A DNA stretch of 64,000 nt from an uncultured Gemmatimonadales bacterium. GTDB taxonomy: Bacteria; Gemmatimonadota; Gemmatimonadetes; Gemmatimonadales; GWC2-71-9. The translations under genes were made by a program, and so were the position numbers. Shown here in pieces: positions 20,726 through 31,058 of this stretch; position 1 is the first letter of the stretch; the number at the start of each line of letters is the position of its first letter. The stretch spans positions 320,001-384,000 of the forward strand of contig CAWCFX010000003.1 of assembly GCA_963795085.1 (NCBI GenBank). The letters are read 5' to 3'. The notes below the pieces were generated by a model. The model made no database searches and was not told where the DNA came from. It worked only from the letters and a program-made list of their open reading frames with translations.

Positions 20726-23626
20726 GTGTACGCACTTAGAGCCTTTGGCGCATTGGTGCTCGATCGAGACGGCGCGCCCATCCACTCACTGGCCGCCCAC
20801 CGGAATGCGCTGGCCATCCTGACCGTCCTGGCCACGGATGGACTCGTGACCCGGGACCGCCTGATGGCGCTCCTCTGGCCCGACAGCGACCTGGACCGGG
20901 CCCGTGGATCCCTGAAACAGGCCCTCCACACACTCCGCCAGCACCTCGCCTGCCCCGACCTCGTCGTCGGACGCGCCGGCCTGGGTCTCAATGCGGCGCT
21001 GATTGAAAGCGATGTCGGACGGTTCCAGGATGCCCTCCGGGCAGGGAACCTCCTCGAGGCGGTCACCCTGTACCAGGGTCCCTTTCTCGACGGGGTGCAC
21101 CTGAATGGCGCGCCCGAACTGGAGCAGTGGGTGGAAGCCCGCCGGGCCACGCTCGCCCAGAGATATCGAGAGGGGCTGGAACGGCTGGCCCAGGCGGCAG
21201 AGGCCCGGAACGAACCCGGGGAGGCCATTCGATGGTGGACCCGCCTCGCCGGGGATGATCCGCTGGACGGCAAGGCGGCACTGCACCTGATGCAGGCACT
21301 GGAAGAGGGCGGTCGGCGAGCGGCCGCCCTCCAGCACTTCAAGGCCCACGAGCAGGTATTACAACGGGAACTGGGGCTGGCGCCGGATCCTGCGGCCATT
21401 GCCCTGGCCAACCGCTTGCTGCACCACTCGGTCCCCGCGGTGGCCTGGAACCCCGCGCCGGCGCCCGCGGCACCCCGGGATGTCACGCCGGCTTCGCCAG
21501 CCTCCCGCGCCGCATCCCCTCCCGTCCTCCTTCGCTGGATCGGGCCGATCGCCCTGGGCGCGATCGTCGTGGCTGGATTGGCCATTGCGGCGTCCCGCCG
21601 CCCGGACCCTGATATTCCGTCCGACCCCAACCTCGTCGCCATCGCACCCTTCGACGTCCTTGATCCATCGCTCGACCTCTGGGGGGAGGGACTGATGGAC
21701 GTGCTCACCGAGGATCTGGACGGTGCCGGCCCGCTCCGCACCGTGGACCAGGCCGTCGCGCTGCGACACTGGACCGGGCGTGCCAACCGCGGCTCCGCCG
21801 AGCGCCTCGGCGGCCTCACCGGGGCCGGGCTAATCGTGTATGGCAAGGTGGCGCGACGCGGGGAAGACTCGGTCAGTATCCGAGCCACCCTGCTGAACCG
21901 CAGCCCCGCCGAGGGAGGGGCCGACCTGGTCGAGGTCGCCGGGCCGGAGGGGCGCATGGGTGAACTGGTGGACTCGCTGGGGGTCAATATTTTGCGCGCC
22001 CTCGGCCGCGGACGCGCGATCGGGTCTCAGCGCCGCGTTTCAATCGGGTCCCGGTCGCTCTCAGCCCTCAAGGAGTTCCTGCAGGGCGAACAGTTCTACC
22101 GCCAGGGACATTTTGATTCCGCCCTGGCGCGATACGACCAGGCGATCGCGGAAGACAGCACTTTCGCCCTGGCGCTGCGACGGATGGCCTGGGCGGTTGC
22201 CCTGGGGGCAGTGACGTCCTGGAAGTATGCCAGCCAGGACCAGTATCTCCAGCAGGCCGTAAGGCACAATCATGGGCTCTCGCCCCGGGACAGTGTGTTG
22301 CTCCGGGTGGATTCCCTGCTGGTCCTCGGCACCCGGAGCAACCAGGCCGGTGAGATTGTCGCCAGCCTGATGACCGGGGTCCGGAACCTGGAGGAACTGG
22401 CCCGCCGGTACCCCGACGATCCGGCCATCTGGTACGAGCTCGGTGAACATCGCTATCACGGGATCCCGCCGCTGGGCACTCCGGCGCTGGCGCTGGACGC
22501 CTTCGAGCGCGCCATTGCGCTGGATTCCGGTTTTGCACCGGCATACCAGCATACGGTCAAGCTGGCCATTCAGATGGGACGGCTGGACCGGGCGCGACAC
22601 TACGCCCGCGCCTACGCGGTGCTTCATCCCGGCAACGCGCACGCCCCCGGGCTGGGCCTCGCCCTGATGGTGCTGGATTCGGGGGGGGTCCATCACCCCC
22701 GGGTCTGGCGGGAGATCCAGCAGGCGCCAGGGAGCGCCCTGATGTGGGCCGGCCATGATCACTTCCGCTGGATGGTGGACACCGCGGAGACGGCCGTCGT
22801 CCTCCTGCGCGAGCTGATCGCCGGCCAGCATGACCTCAGCGGTTCAGGCGCCCTTTCCGCCGATTCTATTCTGCCGCTGCACCTGGCGGTGGCCCTGGTG
22901 TTCCGGGGGCACCTGCGCGAGGCCGCCGAGGTCAGCCAGCCGCTGCTCAATGAGGAAGGGATCGGATTCTATCGCTTCTCGATCGACCGGTTCCTCGACC
23001 TGGCCCTGTGGGATATTCTGCCAGACTCGGTGGTCCGCCGCACCTATCAGCTGGGGTTGCTGGCCGGTACCGACTGGAACGGCGGCACCACGTTCTCGAA
23101 TCCCCGGTTTCTCCGGGCCCTCCCCTACTGGTTTGCCCGCGGGGATACCCTCTCCGTTATCCGGTTCCAGCGGCGGGCCGCCGAGGTGGCCCGCGCCGGG
23201 GCACCCGGTGTCGCCGAGTTGCGGGGGCGCTACTTCGAGATCGCCGCGCGCGGCTACCTCGCCCTCATGCGCGGCGATTCGGCGGAAGCCCAGCGAGTGA
23301 TGGAAGGCATCCCTGATACGCTCTGTCTCATCGGCACCTGCTTCAGCGAACAGTTGCTGCTCGCCCAGCTGCTGGTCGCGCGCAATGCGGACCGCCAGGC
23401 GGCGGCGATCCTCGATCGATGGGCGTTGGCGGGCGACAACACGACCTTCGCGGTGATCGCCGCGCTGGAGCGGGGGAAAATCGCCGAGCGGCTCGGCGAC
23501 CGGGCCCTGGCGGTCGAGCGATACCAGTTCGTCCTGGACGCGTGGCGGCGGGCCGACCCCGAGTTGCAGCCGTTCGTTCGGGTGGCGAGGGCCGGGCTCA
23601 GTCGGGTAGCGAGGGCCGACCAGTGA
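20726..23626 (+). CDS. membrane-anchored SARP-like regulator (wHTH-BTAD-TM-TolB_N-like-TPR)
   Basis: RDRLMALLWP..ARGSLKQALHTLR, LYQGPFLDG, DPLD..LM; TM; VAIAPF; TPRs. Confidence 0.85.
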   Translation: MYALRAFGALVLDRDGAPIHSLAAHRNALAILTVLATDGLVTRDRLMALLWPDSDLDRARGSLKQALHTLRQHLACPDLVVGRAGLGLNAALIESDVGRFQDALRAGNLLEAVTLYQGPFLDGVHLNGAPELEQWVEARRATLAQRYREGLERLAQAAEARNEPGEAIRWWTRLAGDDPLDGKAALHLMQALEEGGRRAAALQHFKAHEQVLQRELGLAPDPAAIALANRLLHHSVPAVAWNPAPAPAAPRDVTPASPASRAASPPVLLRWIGPIALGAIVVAGLAIAASRRPDPDIPSDPNLVAIAPFDVLDPSLDLWGEGLMDVLTEDLDGAGPLRTVDQAVALRHWTGRANRGSAERLGGLTGAGLIVYGKVARRGEDSVSIRATLLNRSPAEGGADLVEVAGPEGRMGELVDSLGVNILRALGRGRAIGSQRRVSIGSRSLSALKEFLQGEQFYRQGHFDSALARYDQAIAEDSTFALALRRMAWAVALGAVTSWKYASQDQYLQQAVRHNHGLSPRDSVLLRVDSLLVLGTRSNQAGEIVASLMTGVRNLEELARRYPDDPAIWYELGEHRYHGIPPLGTPALALDAFERAIALDSGFAPAYQHTVKLAIQMGRLDRARHYARAYAVLHPGNAHAPGLGLALMVLDSGGVHHPRVWREIQQAPGSALMWAGHDHFRWMVDTAETAVVLLRELIAGQHDLSGSGALSADSILPLHLAVALVFRGHLREAAEVSQPLLNEEGIGFYRFSIDRFLDLALWDILPDSVVRRTYQLGLLAGTDWNGGTTFSNPRFLRALPYWFARGDTLSVIRFQRRAAEVARAGAPGVAELRGRYFEIAARGYLALMRGDSAEAQRVMEGIPDTLCLIGTCFSEQLLLAQLLVARNADRQAAAILDRWALAGDNTTFAVIAALERGKIAERLGDRALAVERYQFVLDAWRRADPELQPFVRVARAGLSRVARADQ

Positions 23627-23738
23627 GCGAAGAAGTCACGAGGACGGGTGAGGAATTGATCAATGTGGGCAGACATTCTGCCGCCCGGTCCTACCGGCCG
23701 GGTTAGTTTCCGGATGTCCGGCCTTCGAAAGGATACTC

Positions 23739-24674
23739 ATGCTGTACCGTACCCTCGGCCGCACCGGCGAAACCGTCTCCGCCATCGGCGTCGGGGGCCA
23801 TCACCTCGGCCTCCCCGGCGTCAGCACCTCGCTCAGCCTCCGCATCGTGCGCGCCGCGATTGACCGCGGCGTCACGTTCATGGACAACTCCTGGGACTAC
23901 CACGAGGGCGAGAGCGAGCGGCGGATGGGCAAGGCGCTGAAGGACGGGTACCGGGCCAAGGTCTTCCTCATGTCCAAGATCGACGGCCGGACCCGGAAGA
24001 CGGCCACGGCGCAGCTGGAGGACTCGCTCCGCCGGCTCGACGTGGATTGCATCGACCTGGTCCAGCATCACGAGATCATCCGGTTCGAGGATCCTCACCG
24101 GATCTGCGCCGAGGAAGGCGCCCAGGCCGCATTGGTGGATGCCCGGAAGGCGGGGAAGCTTCGCTTTATCGGGTTCACGGGGCACAAGGACCCGGAGGTC
24201 CATCTTCACATGCTGCGGATCGCGGAGGCCCGTGGCATCCGGTTCGACACGGTCCAGATGCCGCTCAACCTGATGGACGCGCACTACCGGAGCTTCGAAC
24301 GGCTGGTGCTGCCCGAGCTGGTACGGCAGGAGATCGGCGTGCTGGGGATGAAAAGCCTCGGGAACGGGATGCTGCTCAAGTCCGCTACCGTGACCGCGGT
24401 CGAGTGCCTGCGCTACGCGTTGAGCCTGCCGGTCTCGGTCGTCATCACCGGCATGGACAGCCTGGACCGGGTGGAACAGGCCTGCGGGCTGGCGGACACC
24501 TTCGCTCCCCTTACCCCGGCGGAGCGGGACGCGCTGCTGGCCCGCACCCGCGAGGCGGCGGCCCGGGGAGAGTTCGAGGCCTTCAAGACCAGCTCGCTCT
24601 TCGACAGCACCGCCGCGCACCCGGAGTGGATGGGGGACGAGCCGGACGAGGTGGTGAAGCTCGCGAGAGGCTGA
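23739..24674 (+). CDS. aldo/keto reductase
   Basis: YRTLGRTG, DNSWDY, LMSK, IDLVQHH, IGFTGH, GMKSLG. Confidence 0.9.
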   Translation: MLYRTLGRTGETVSAIGVGGHHLGLPGVSTSLSLRIVRAAIDRGVTFMDNSWDYHEGESERRMGKALKDGYRAKVFLMSKIDGRTRKTATAQLEDSLRRLDVDCIDLVQHHEIIRFEDPHRICAEEGAQAALVDARKAGKLRFIGFTGHKDPEVHLHMLRIAEARGIRFDTVQMPLNLMDAHYRSFERLVLPELVRQEIGVLGMKSLGNGMLLKSATVTAVECLRYALSLPVSVVITGMDSLDRVEQACGLADTFAPLTPAERDALLARTREAAARGEFEAFKTSSLFDSTAAHPEWMGDEPDEVVKLARG

Positions 24675-24724
24675 AACGCAACGTGGGGCTGCCGCCCCAT
24701 CCTACCGCCCCGTCTTACCACCTG

Positions 24725-25669
24725 TTAGTCGCTGACCCACTCTTCCACCGCCGGCAGGTCCATCCGCCACACGCTGCTGTCCGGACTCCAGCGCAGAATC
24801 CAGGAGATGCCCCAGGGCCCGACGTAGTGGGAGGCTCGGCGGTAGGCCGGGTGGGCCAGCGCCTCCTCCAGCGAGATGAAACGGTAGCCCCGGCCCTGCG
24901 CCAGGCGAATCACCTCCCGGATGTAGTCCCGGTTGAGCTCGTTGGCGTGGAGCAGCAGCACCTGGGGAAACTCCGTGCCCACGACGCGCACCGACATGGA
25001 CTCGGCGAACGCAAAGGCCTGTTCCATGTGTTCCAGGTAGGCCGGCACCAGCCGCCGCATCATGGCGCTGTCCCCGCGCGTAATGGCCCGGGAATAGGCC
25101 GCCGCATACACCCACTCGTTGTTGTCGATGGTGACGGGGGCGACCGTGTACCCGCGCTCGACCAGCCAGCGGGCGAGGCCGCCGGCGGTGGCGCTGTCGC
25201 CCCCCGCGTGGAGGAAGGGATGGCGGAAGAACCGCACCCGGCCCTTCCCGCCGCGGGCGCGGGCGATCTGGCTGTCGGCACGGGCCAGGTCGGCGGTGTA
25301 GGTCGCGAGCGGCACCCGGCTCAGGTCGAGATGGCCGTGGCCATGATTGCCGATCACCGCGCCGGACTGCTCCCAGAGGGCGATGACCTCGCCGAGCACG
25401 GTATCCCGCAGCCGGGCGCACACGTTGCCAGTGGTCACCAGGGCCGCGCTGGGGGCGCCCTCCTCCAGCAGCGCGACCGTGAGACTTTCGTTAATGGCGC
25501 GGAGCTGTCCCCGGTCGCAGCCGGCTCCGGGCTGCACCTGGCCCGCGGGAATGTCGTCGAACGTCAGCGCGACGACGCGCTGGGTCTGCGGGGGCGCGGC
25601 TTGATCGGCTGGCGGGCAGGCGGCACCGATAAGGAGGAGGGCGGCCGCGCAGGCGGCGAGCATTTGCAT
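24725..25669 (-). CDS. polysaccharide deacetylase family (CE4) exported protein
   Basis: LTFDD, GNHGHGH, FRHPFL, LLLH motifs. Confidence 0.88.
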   Translation of the reverse strand: MQMLAACAAALLLIGAACPPADQAAPPQTQRVVALTFDDIPAGQVQPGAGCDRGQLRAINESLTVALLEEGAPSAALVTTGNVCARLRDTVLGEVIALWEQSGAVIGNHGHGHLDLSRVPLATYTADLARADSQIARARGGKGRVRFFRHPFLHAGGDSATAGGLARWLVERGYTVAPVTIDNNEWVYAAAYSRAITRGDSAMMRRLVPAYLEHMEQAFAFAESMSVRVVGTEFPQVLLLHANELNRDYIREVIRLAQGRGYRFISLEEALAHPAYRRASHYVGPWGISWILRWSPDSSVWRMDLPAVEEWVSD

Positions 25670-25731
25670 TGATGGAAGGTAATTCAGCGTGCCGGCCACG
25701 ACCCGACAGGCGTGGTCCGGCCCGTCATGCA

Positions 25732-26856
25732 CTACCGCCCGTACGACTCCAGCCACTCCAGCCCGTCGGCGTCGGTCTGCACCAGGTACACCCGATCCCC
25801 GGTCAGGCCCACCAGGCGCCGTCCCGCGGGCAGCGTGATCGTGTTACGGCGGCGCCCTGCGGAATCGAACACATCGATCCGGACCGCGGGATCCCGCACG
25901 GACACCGTCCGTACCACCCACACGTCTCCGCCGGGCAGGAGCCAGACCGGATGCTCCCCGCCGAACGGCGGCAACGTCCGGGGAAACAACTCATCGGGAT
26001 AGGCCTGTTCGGTCGCCCGGCGCTGGGCTGGCGTGGGCTTGTCGCGGCCCGGCTGACCCTGCACCGCCGCCCGGCCCGCCGGTTGCATCGCGCGCTGGCG
26101 ACGGAAGTGCTCCCGTTCGGCGGCTCCGAGAGACTGTGGCACATCGCCCACCGATGGACCAGCCCGCACCACGGCACCATGGTGCAGCCATTCCACGCGA
26201 TAATCGCTTCCCCGGACGACGGCCAGCCGCCCATCCGGCGATACGGCCCAGGCATCCCGTACGGGATAGGGGTGGAATCGCTGGCCATGCTGCGCCTTGG
26301 CGTGATCGTCCAGCGCGGCAACCTCCACCGGGTCAGAGCCTGGCCGCCAGCGAATCACCACATACTTCTGGTTCCGCTGGAAGCTGCCGTCCGGCATCCG
26401 GTCGATGATGACCGACTCCCAGTAGAGGTTCCCCAGCGAATCGGACCCGCCGGGAGGTGCATACCCGCGGTTCGGCATCAGTGAGGGAAATGGGATGCTG
26501 CCGGCCAGGGCGCCGCTGGGACTGATGCGAAGGAAGCGCCGGGTGTCAACGTCGTAAACGAAGAGGGTGTCGCCGGTCATGCGGGTCACCGCGAACGGCC
26601 GGCGATACTCGTTCGGCCCGCTGCCGGTCCGACCCAGTCGGGAAACCGCGCCGGTTCGTTTGTCAACCAGCGAGAGGGTCCCTTCCCGGGAATCCACCAC
26701 CACCAGCCGACCGTCCCGCAGCGTGTCCAGCGAGGCAACCGAGGAAAACGGCTCGGCGGCCCTCCAGTGCAGACGTCCCACGGCGGGGGCTTGCGCCGGG
26801 ACCGTCCGTGGACTACCAAACGCAAGGAGGAATAGCGCGAGGAAGACCCGGGACAT
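25732..26856 (-). CDS. secreted NHL/6-bladed beta-propeller-like protein
   Basis: Signal peptide; GRTGSGPNEY, GDTLFVYD, DVFDSAGR repeats. Confidence 0.75.
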   Translation of the reverse strand: MSRVFLALFLLAFGSPRTVPAQAPAVGRLHWRAAEPFSSVASLDTLRDGRLVVVDSREGTLSLVDKRTGAVSRLGRTGSGPNEYRRPFAVTRMTGDTLFVYDVDTRRFLRISPSGALAGSIPFPSLMPNRGYAPPGGSDSLGNLYWESVIIDRMPDGSFQRNQKYVVIRWRPGSDPVEVAALDDHAKAQHGQRFHPYPVRDAWAVSPDGRLAVVRGSDYRVEWLHHGAVVRAGPSVGDVPQSLGAAEREHFRRQRAMQPAGRAAVQGQPGRDKPTPAQRRATEQAYPDELFPRTLPPFGGEHPVWLLPGGDVWVVRTVSVRDPAVRIDVFDSAGRRRNTITLPAGRRLVGLTGDRVYLVQTDADGLEWLESYGR

Positions 26857-26959
26857 GGCGTAGGATCCAGAGTGAGGTCCCGGCTCTACGGGAAGGCGAT
26901 CGGGAGGGATTCAGGCAGAAGCGTCCCTCGGTCATGCAATCGGCCCGGCGGTTTCCGCT

Positions 26960-28402
26960 TCAGCGCTGCACGCCCCACCGGGACCCCTCGATGAGCGTCG
27001 CCCCCATCCCGTCTTCGATCACCAGGTCGACCTGGCCATCCCCTTCCCGAAAGCGCGCCGTCGCGTTCGGGCCCACGACGAAATACGCGCGCCCCGCCTC
27101 GGAATAGGCCGGCGACCGGAAGTGCCCCCGCCAGTGCACCACCAGGGTCGGCCCACGCATCGACACTTCGACGGAGTCCCCGGTAGTGGTGCGGTAGACG
27201 CCGACGTGACGCGCGTTCTGGGTCGAGTCGGGCGCGAGGAGATGGCGGGGGCGTGGAGTGGCGACCGTGTCGCCCCGCATGATGGCCGCCAGGTCCTCCA
27301 CCGCACCGCTTCCCCGCTCCAGGTTCGTCAGCAGGATGATCGTTCGGCGGCTCCCCGGGATCCGCATGATATAGCAGGAGAACCCGGGGAGGCCGCCGCT
27401 GTGCTCGTGCGTCACCCCGTCGGGTCCCCTCGCCACGAACCACCCGTAGCCGTAGCTCCCGAGGCCGGGCGTAAAGATCGAGTCGCGCATCGGCTGTTTC
27501 ACCAGGCGCTCGGTGTAGAGGGCCTGGTCCCACCGGTACAGGTCGCGGGCCGTGGTCACCAGTCCGGCGTCGCCCTGCGGCGGACCCATGAGCTGGTAGA
27601 AGGCATTCAGGTAGTCCCCGCGGGACAGCCCGTTGAACCACGCGACGGGATACGCCCCGGGCCGGAGCCGGTAGCCCTGGGCCCGGTCGGGAAGCAGTTC
27701 GGCCGAATGGTCCTGGCTGCTGCGAGTCATGCCGAGCGGCTCGAGGATCCGGGTGCGGAGGAAGTCCTCGTAGGACATCCCGCTGGCCCGCTCGATGATG
27801 TAACCCAGCAGGATGTAGGCGCTGTTGCTGTAGGAGAACCGGGTGCCCGGTGCGAAGTCGAGCGGCCGCTTCCGCGCGTCGCGCGCGATCCGGGCCGCCG
27901 CTCCCTCCTGGGCCATGTAGTCCGAATAGGCCTGGGTGTCGTAGCCGCCGAACCACTCCTCGTAGTCCGAGATGCCCGAGGTGTGGCGGAGCAGGTGATG
28001 GATCGTGATCCCGCTCCAGTCGGGAGGCAGGCTGTCGAAGTACTTGCTGATGGAGTCACTGATGCGAAGCCGCCCCGACTCGGCCAGCATCGCGATGGCC
28101 ATGGCGGTGAACTGCTTGGATACCGAGGCAACGCGAAAGCGGGTGTCCGGCGTGTTGCGCACCCCCAGCTCCATGTTGGCCAGGCCGAACGCCGTATCCA
28201 CCAGGACCGTCCCGTCTTCGGCCACCAGGACAGTGCCCTGCACGTGGCCCAGCGCGGACGCCGCGACGAGGTATTCCCGCATCTGGCCGACTCGAGGATC
28301 CGGGCGGGCCGACTGCCCCCCGGCAGCGCCGGGCGAGGTGGCGAGGATCAGGGTGATGGCAACGCCGAGTCTGACGAGCGGTGTCAAGGTCTTCGGGACC
28401 AT
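26960..28402 (-). CDS. serine hydrolase (beta-lactamase-like) with C-terminal extension
   Basis: SVSK, LLRHTSG, YSN, HSG; start taken at ATG 28402. Confidence 0.9.
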   Translation of the reverse strand: MVPKTLTPLVRLGVAITLILATSPGAAGGQSARPDPRVGQMREYLVAASALGHVQGTVLVAEDGTVLVDTAFGLANMELGVRNTPDTRFRVASVSKQFTAMAIAMLAESGRLRISDSISKYFDSLPPDWSGITIHHLLRHTSGISDYEEWFGGYDTQAYSDYMAQEGAAARIARDARKRPLDFAPGTRFSYSNSAYILLGYIIERASGMSYEDFLRTRILEPLGMTRSSQDHSAELLPDRAQGYRLRPGAYPVAWFNGLSRGDYLNAFYQLMGPPQGDAGLVTTARDLYRWDQALYTERLVKQPMRDSIFTPGLGSYGYGWFVARGPDGVTHEHSGGLPGFSCYIMRIPGSRRTIILLTNLERGSGAVEDLAAIMRGDTVATPRPRHLLAPDSTQNARHVGVYRTTTGDSVEVSMRGPTLVVHWRGHFRSPAYSEAGRAYFVVGPNATARFREGDGQVDLVIEDGMGATLIEGSRWGVQR

Positions 28403-28780
28403 GGGGGTACGATCCTGATCGTGGGGAGAAGGGAACGCGTTTTGGAATATCACCGGACGCCAGCACCTGACGGTTAGTTGCGCGAATACATGGAGCGAGC
28501 GAACCCAGCGAGCCTGCCGCATCGACCTCCACTCGGCCTTCCGCCCGTCGCCGCCTGCCTGATTGGCCACGATTTCTCTCACGAGATGAGCCATCGGGAG
28601 GTCCGGCCCAACCGTCGCGGTTCCTCGAAGGACAAACTATCACCGCAACCTAACCGACTGCCAGTTATCGTATTACAGAGTGCTCGTCGCAGGATGAAAC
28701 CTCCTGAAATAGTCCTCCGTATTGGGTGGCGTCTCACCTCTCCAGAGTCACCGACCCTCTCGCCAGTCAAGGAGCAGACA

Positions 28781-29461
28781 ATGCCCCTGGTGTACGTGGT
28801 CCACATCCTCGCGGGTAGCCTGGGGCTCCTGTTCGGCTACGTGGCCCTCTTCTCGGCGAAAGGCGGATCCCGCCACCGGCAGGCCGGGATGCTCTTTGTC
28901 TACGTGATGCTCACCATGGGGATCGCCGGGATGCTGCTCGCAATCGTGCGGAACAAGGCGCCGACGCTCAATCTTCCCGCCGCGCTGCTGACGATCTACC
29001 TGGTGGTCACGGGACTGTGGACGGTCCGGCCGCCCGTCCGGAGGGGGCGTGGGCTGGCGATGGGTGCCATGGTGATCGGGCTGGCCGTCGGCCTGGTCAG
29101 CCTCGCCTTCGGCCTTGACGCCGTCACCGGAGGGAACCGGGACGGCATGGCCGCGCCCCCCTTCTTCCTGTTCGGCACCATCGGCCTCATCGCGGGCATC
29201 TCAGACATCCGGGTGGTTCGCCACGGTGCGCTTCGGGGCCCGGCGCGGCTGGCCCGGCACTTGTGGCGGCTCTGCTTCGCCCTCTTCATTGCGGCGATGT
29301 CTTTCTTCCTGGGCCAGGCCCAGGTGATCCCCGAACCCATCCGGATCATGCCGGTGCTGATGCTCCCGGTGCTGGCCGTGCTGGTGACCATGCTCTACTG
29401 GCTGTGGCGCATCCGGGTGCGCCGGAGCCTTCGGGGCGTCGTAACCGCCACGGCCTCGTAG
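28781..29461 (+). CDS. DUF2306-like multi-pass membrane protein
   Basis: HILAG..KGGSRHRQAG, RHLWRLC, about 6 TMs; AAGGAG RBS. Confidence 0.75.
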   Translation: MPLVYVVHILAGSLGLLFGYVALFSAKGGSRHRQAGMLFVYVMLTMGIAGMLLAIVRNKAPTLNLPAALLTIYLVVTGLWTVRPPVRRGRGLAMGAMVIGLAVGLVSLAFGLDAVTGGNRDGMAAPPFFLFGTIGLIAGISDIRVVRHGALRGPARLARHLWRLCFALFIAAMSFFLGQAQVIPEPIRIMPVLMLPVLAVLVTMLYWLWRIRVRRSLRGVVTATAS

Positions 29462-29548
29462 CCATTTTCCCGGACAGGATCTCTTGAAACGCGCCCCGCT
29501 GGTCGGTGAAGCCCGACGGATTTCACGCGTCTCGGGAGAACCAGGTGC

Positions 29549-29869
29549 CTAGAACGTCACCGCGACCACCGAATCGGCGGACAACTCCACGGTCTTCCAC
29601 ATCTCATAAATGCCCATCGCGTCACCTCGCTCTACGATGTCGACAGAAGTCCGGGCGGGAGACCGGATGACGAATCTCTGGCTGAGAAACGCCGGGATGG
29701 TTCCCAGGCTGTGTTCGGTGGTGTCGCGGTAGAAGAAGTCCATCGGGTGACTCATGGTATTCGTAATCTGGACCGTGTAGTCCACCCGGGAAGGATGCCC
29801 GGGGGCAGGGACGCCGGCCACTACCGGCGTAATCAGGAGGCCGACAGCTAGAACGGCGATCTTCCGCAT
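29549..29869 (-). CDS. small secreted beta-rich hypothetical protein
   Basis: AAGGAG RBS, signal peptide MRKIAVLAVGLL. Confidence 0.6.
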   Translation of the reverse strand: MRKIAVLAVGLLITPVVAGVPAPGHPSRVDYTVQITNTMSHPMDFFYRDTTEHSLGTIPAFLSQRFVIRSPARTSVDIVERGDAMGIYEMWKTVELSADSVVAVTF

Positions 29870-30160
29870 GGTATTGCTCCTTGAGAGGGACGCGATTCCA
29901 GGAGCAAACTGGGAGGAGAGGCGGGATGGCGCTACCGGATTGCCGCCAAGCGCCGGGAACCTGCAGCCAATGGCGCAATGGTGCAGAGAGCGGGAGAGAG
30001 GACGGACCGGGCGCCACTTCCCCCGGCCTTCCGCCAGGGTCAGTTGTTCGGCGCCCCCTTCGTTGATGCAGGAAACGGTAAACACTCGCCTACCGCCCTT
30101 TTCCTTCTGCCCTTTTCCTACCGCCCTCCTGCTACCGTCCTGTTCTTGCCGAAAGAAAGA

Positions 30161-30595
30161 TCAGCTCGAGTGATCGTGCACCGTCAGCCAGCGGCCGTTC
30201 TTCTTTTCCCAGATGGTGGAGAACCGGCCGCTTCCCTCCGGCTTGTTACCCCCCGTCAGGACAAACCTCCCGGTCGCGATGGCGGCGTCGCCCCGGCCGA
30301 GGAGGCGGACCTCGACGTCCTCGAAGCGGAGCTGCTGCATCGGCTTTCCGTCGCGCCAGAAGCCGCGCTCGAGCAGCCCTCGAATGGCCGTGCGCCCGCG
30401 GATGAGTCCCTGGCTCCCCATCATGGTGGCGGAATCGGCGTAGGGAGCGACGTGGCGGTCGATGTCGGCATCATTCCAGGCCTTCTCGATGGCGGAGAGC
30501 TCCGCCCGGATGGCAGCGATGTCGCGGTTCTGCGCCGGGGCGGCACTGGGCAGCAGGACGAGGCCGATGGCAGCGATCAGGTAGGGCGCGCGCAT
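30161..30595 (-). CDS. NTF2-like (DUF4440/YybH) secreted protein
   Basis: AWNDAD, GRFSTIW, C-terminal VHDHSS. Confidence 0.85.
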   Translation of the reverse strand: MRAPYLIAAIGLVLLPSAAPAQNRDIAAIRAELSAIEKAWNDADIDRHVAPYADSATMMGSQGLIRGRTAIRGLLERGFWRDGKPMQQLRFEDVEVRLLGRGDAAIATGRFVLTGGNKPEGSGRFSTIWEKKNGRWLTVHDHSS

Positions 30596-30804
30596 GAGGA
30601 GTCCGAGTAAGGGAAGAGGAAACTGCCGGCAGGTTTTCCTACGGACCGGCCCGGGGAATGGGTTTCAGCACCGGAGGTGCAGCCTCACCTTCAACTCGCA
30701 CGGCCCGGCCCCTCGCCGCGTTACCTCACCCCGGTCCCCTCTTCACTTCGTGGAGAGGGGTGCCTACCGCCTTTTTTCCGTACCGCCCACCTACCGCCCC
30801 GCGC

Positions 30805-31058
30805 CCTCTGCGTAATCCGCGGTGGAGGGGTTGCTGTTGCGGGTGAGGGGGCATCGAGATCGCCCCCCCGCACGCTTCGATGCGCTTCACCGCAGAGGAC
30901 GCCGATTGAACTGAGAAATTCGCAGAAACAGCCTTTTTGGGGGGGGGGTCCTGCGAACTCCGCGCGACCTCTGCGCAATGTGCGGTGACGTGGTTGCTGT
31001 TGGGGGGGGGCGGGCGTTGACTTTGTCCTACCGCTCGCTTCGATACGCTTCACCGCAC
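30805..31058 (+). repeat. family A palindromic repeat array
   Basis: CTTCGATGCGCTTCACCGCAGAGGACGC..GAACTGAGA..CTGCGAACTCCGCGCGACCTCTGCG..GCGGTG plus linker; near-identical to 32494-32600. Confidence 0.85.

Noticed and set aside
28470..28656. Inverted pair CGGTTAGTTG / CAACCTAACCG resembling cassette ends
   Set aside because: Only about 10 bp, single occurrence, with no convincing ORF or hairpin between.
30939..30948. G10 run (also C9 at 57212-57220) as a phase-variation tract
   Set aside because: Located in a repeat loop or upstream of the -35, not in a CDS or promoter spacer; homopolymer lengths are unreliable in this assembly.
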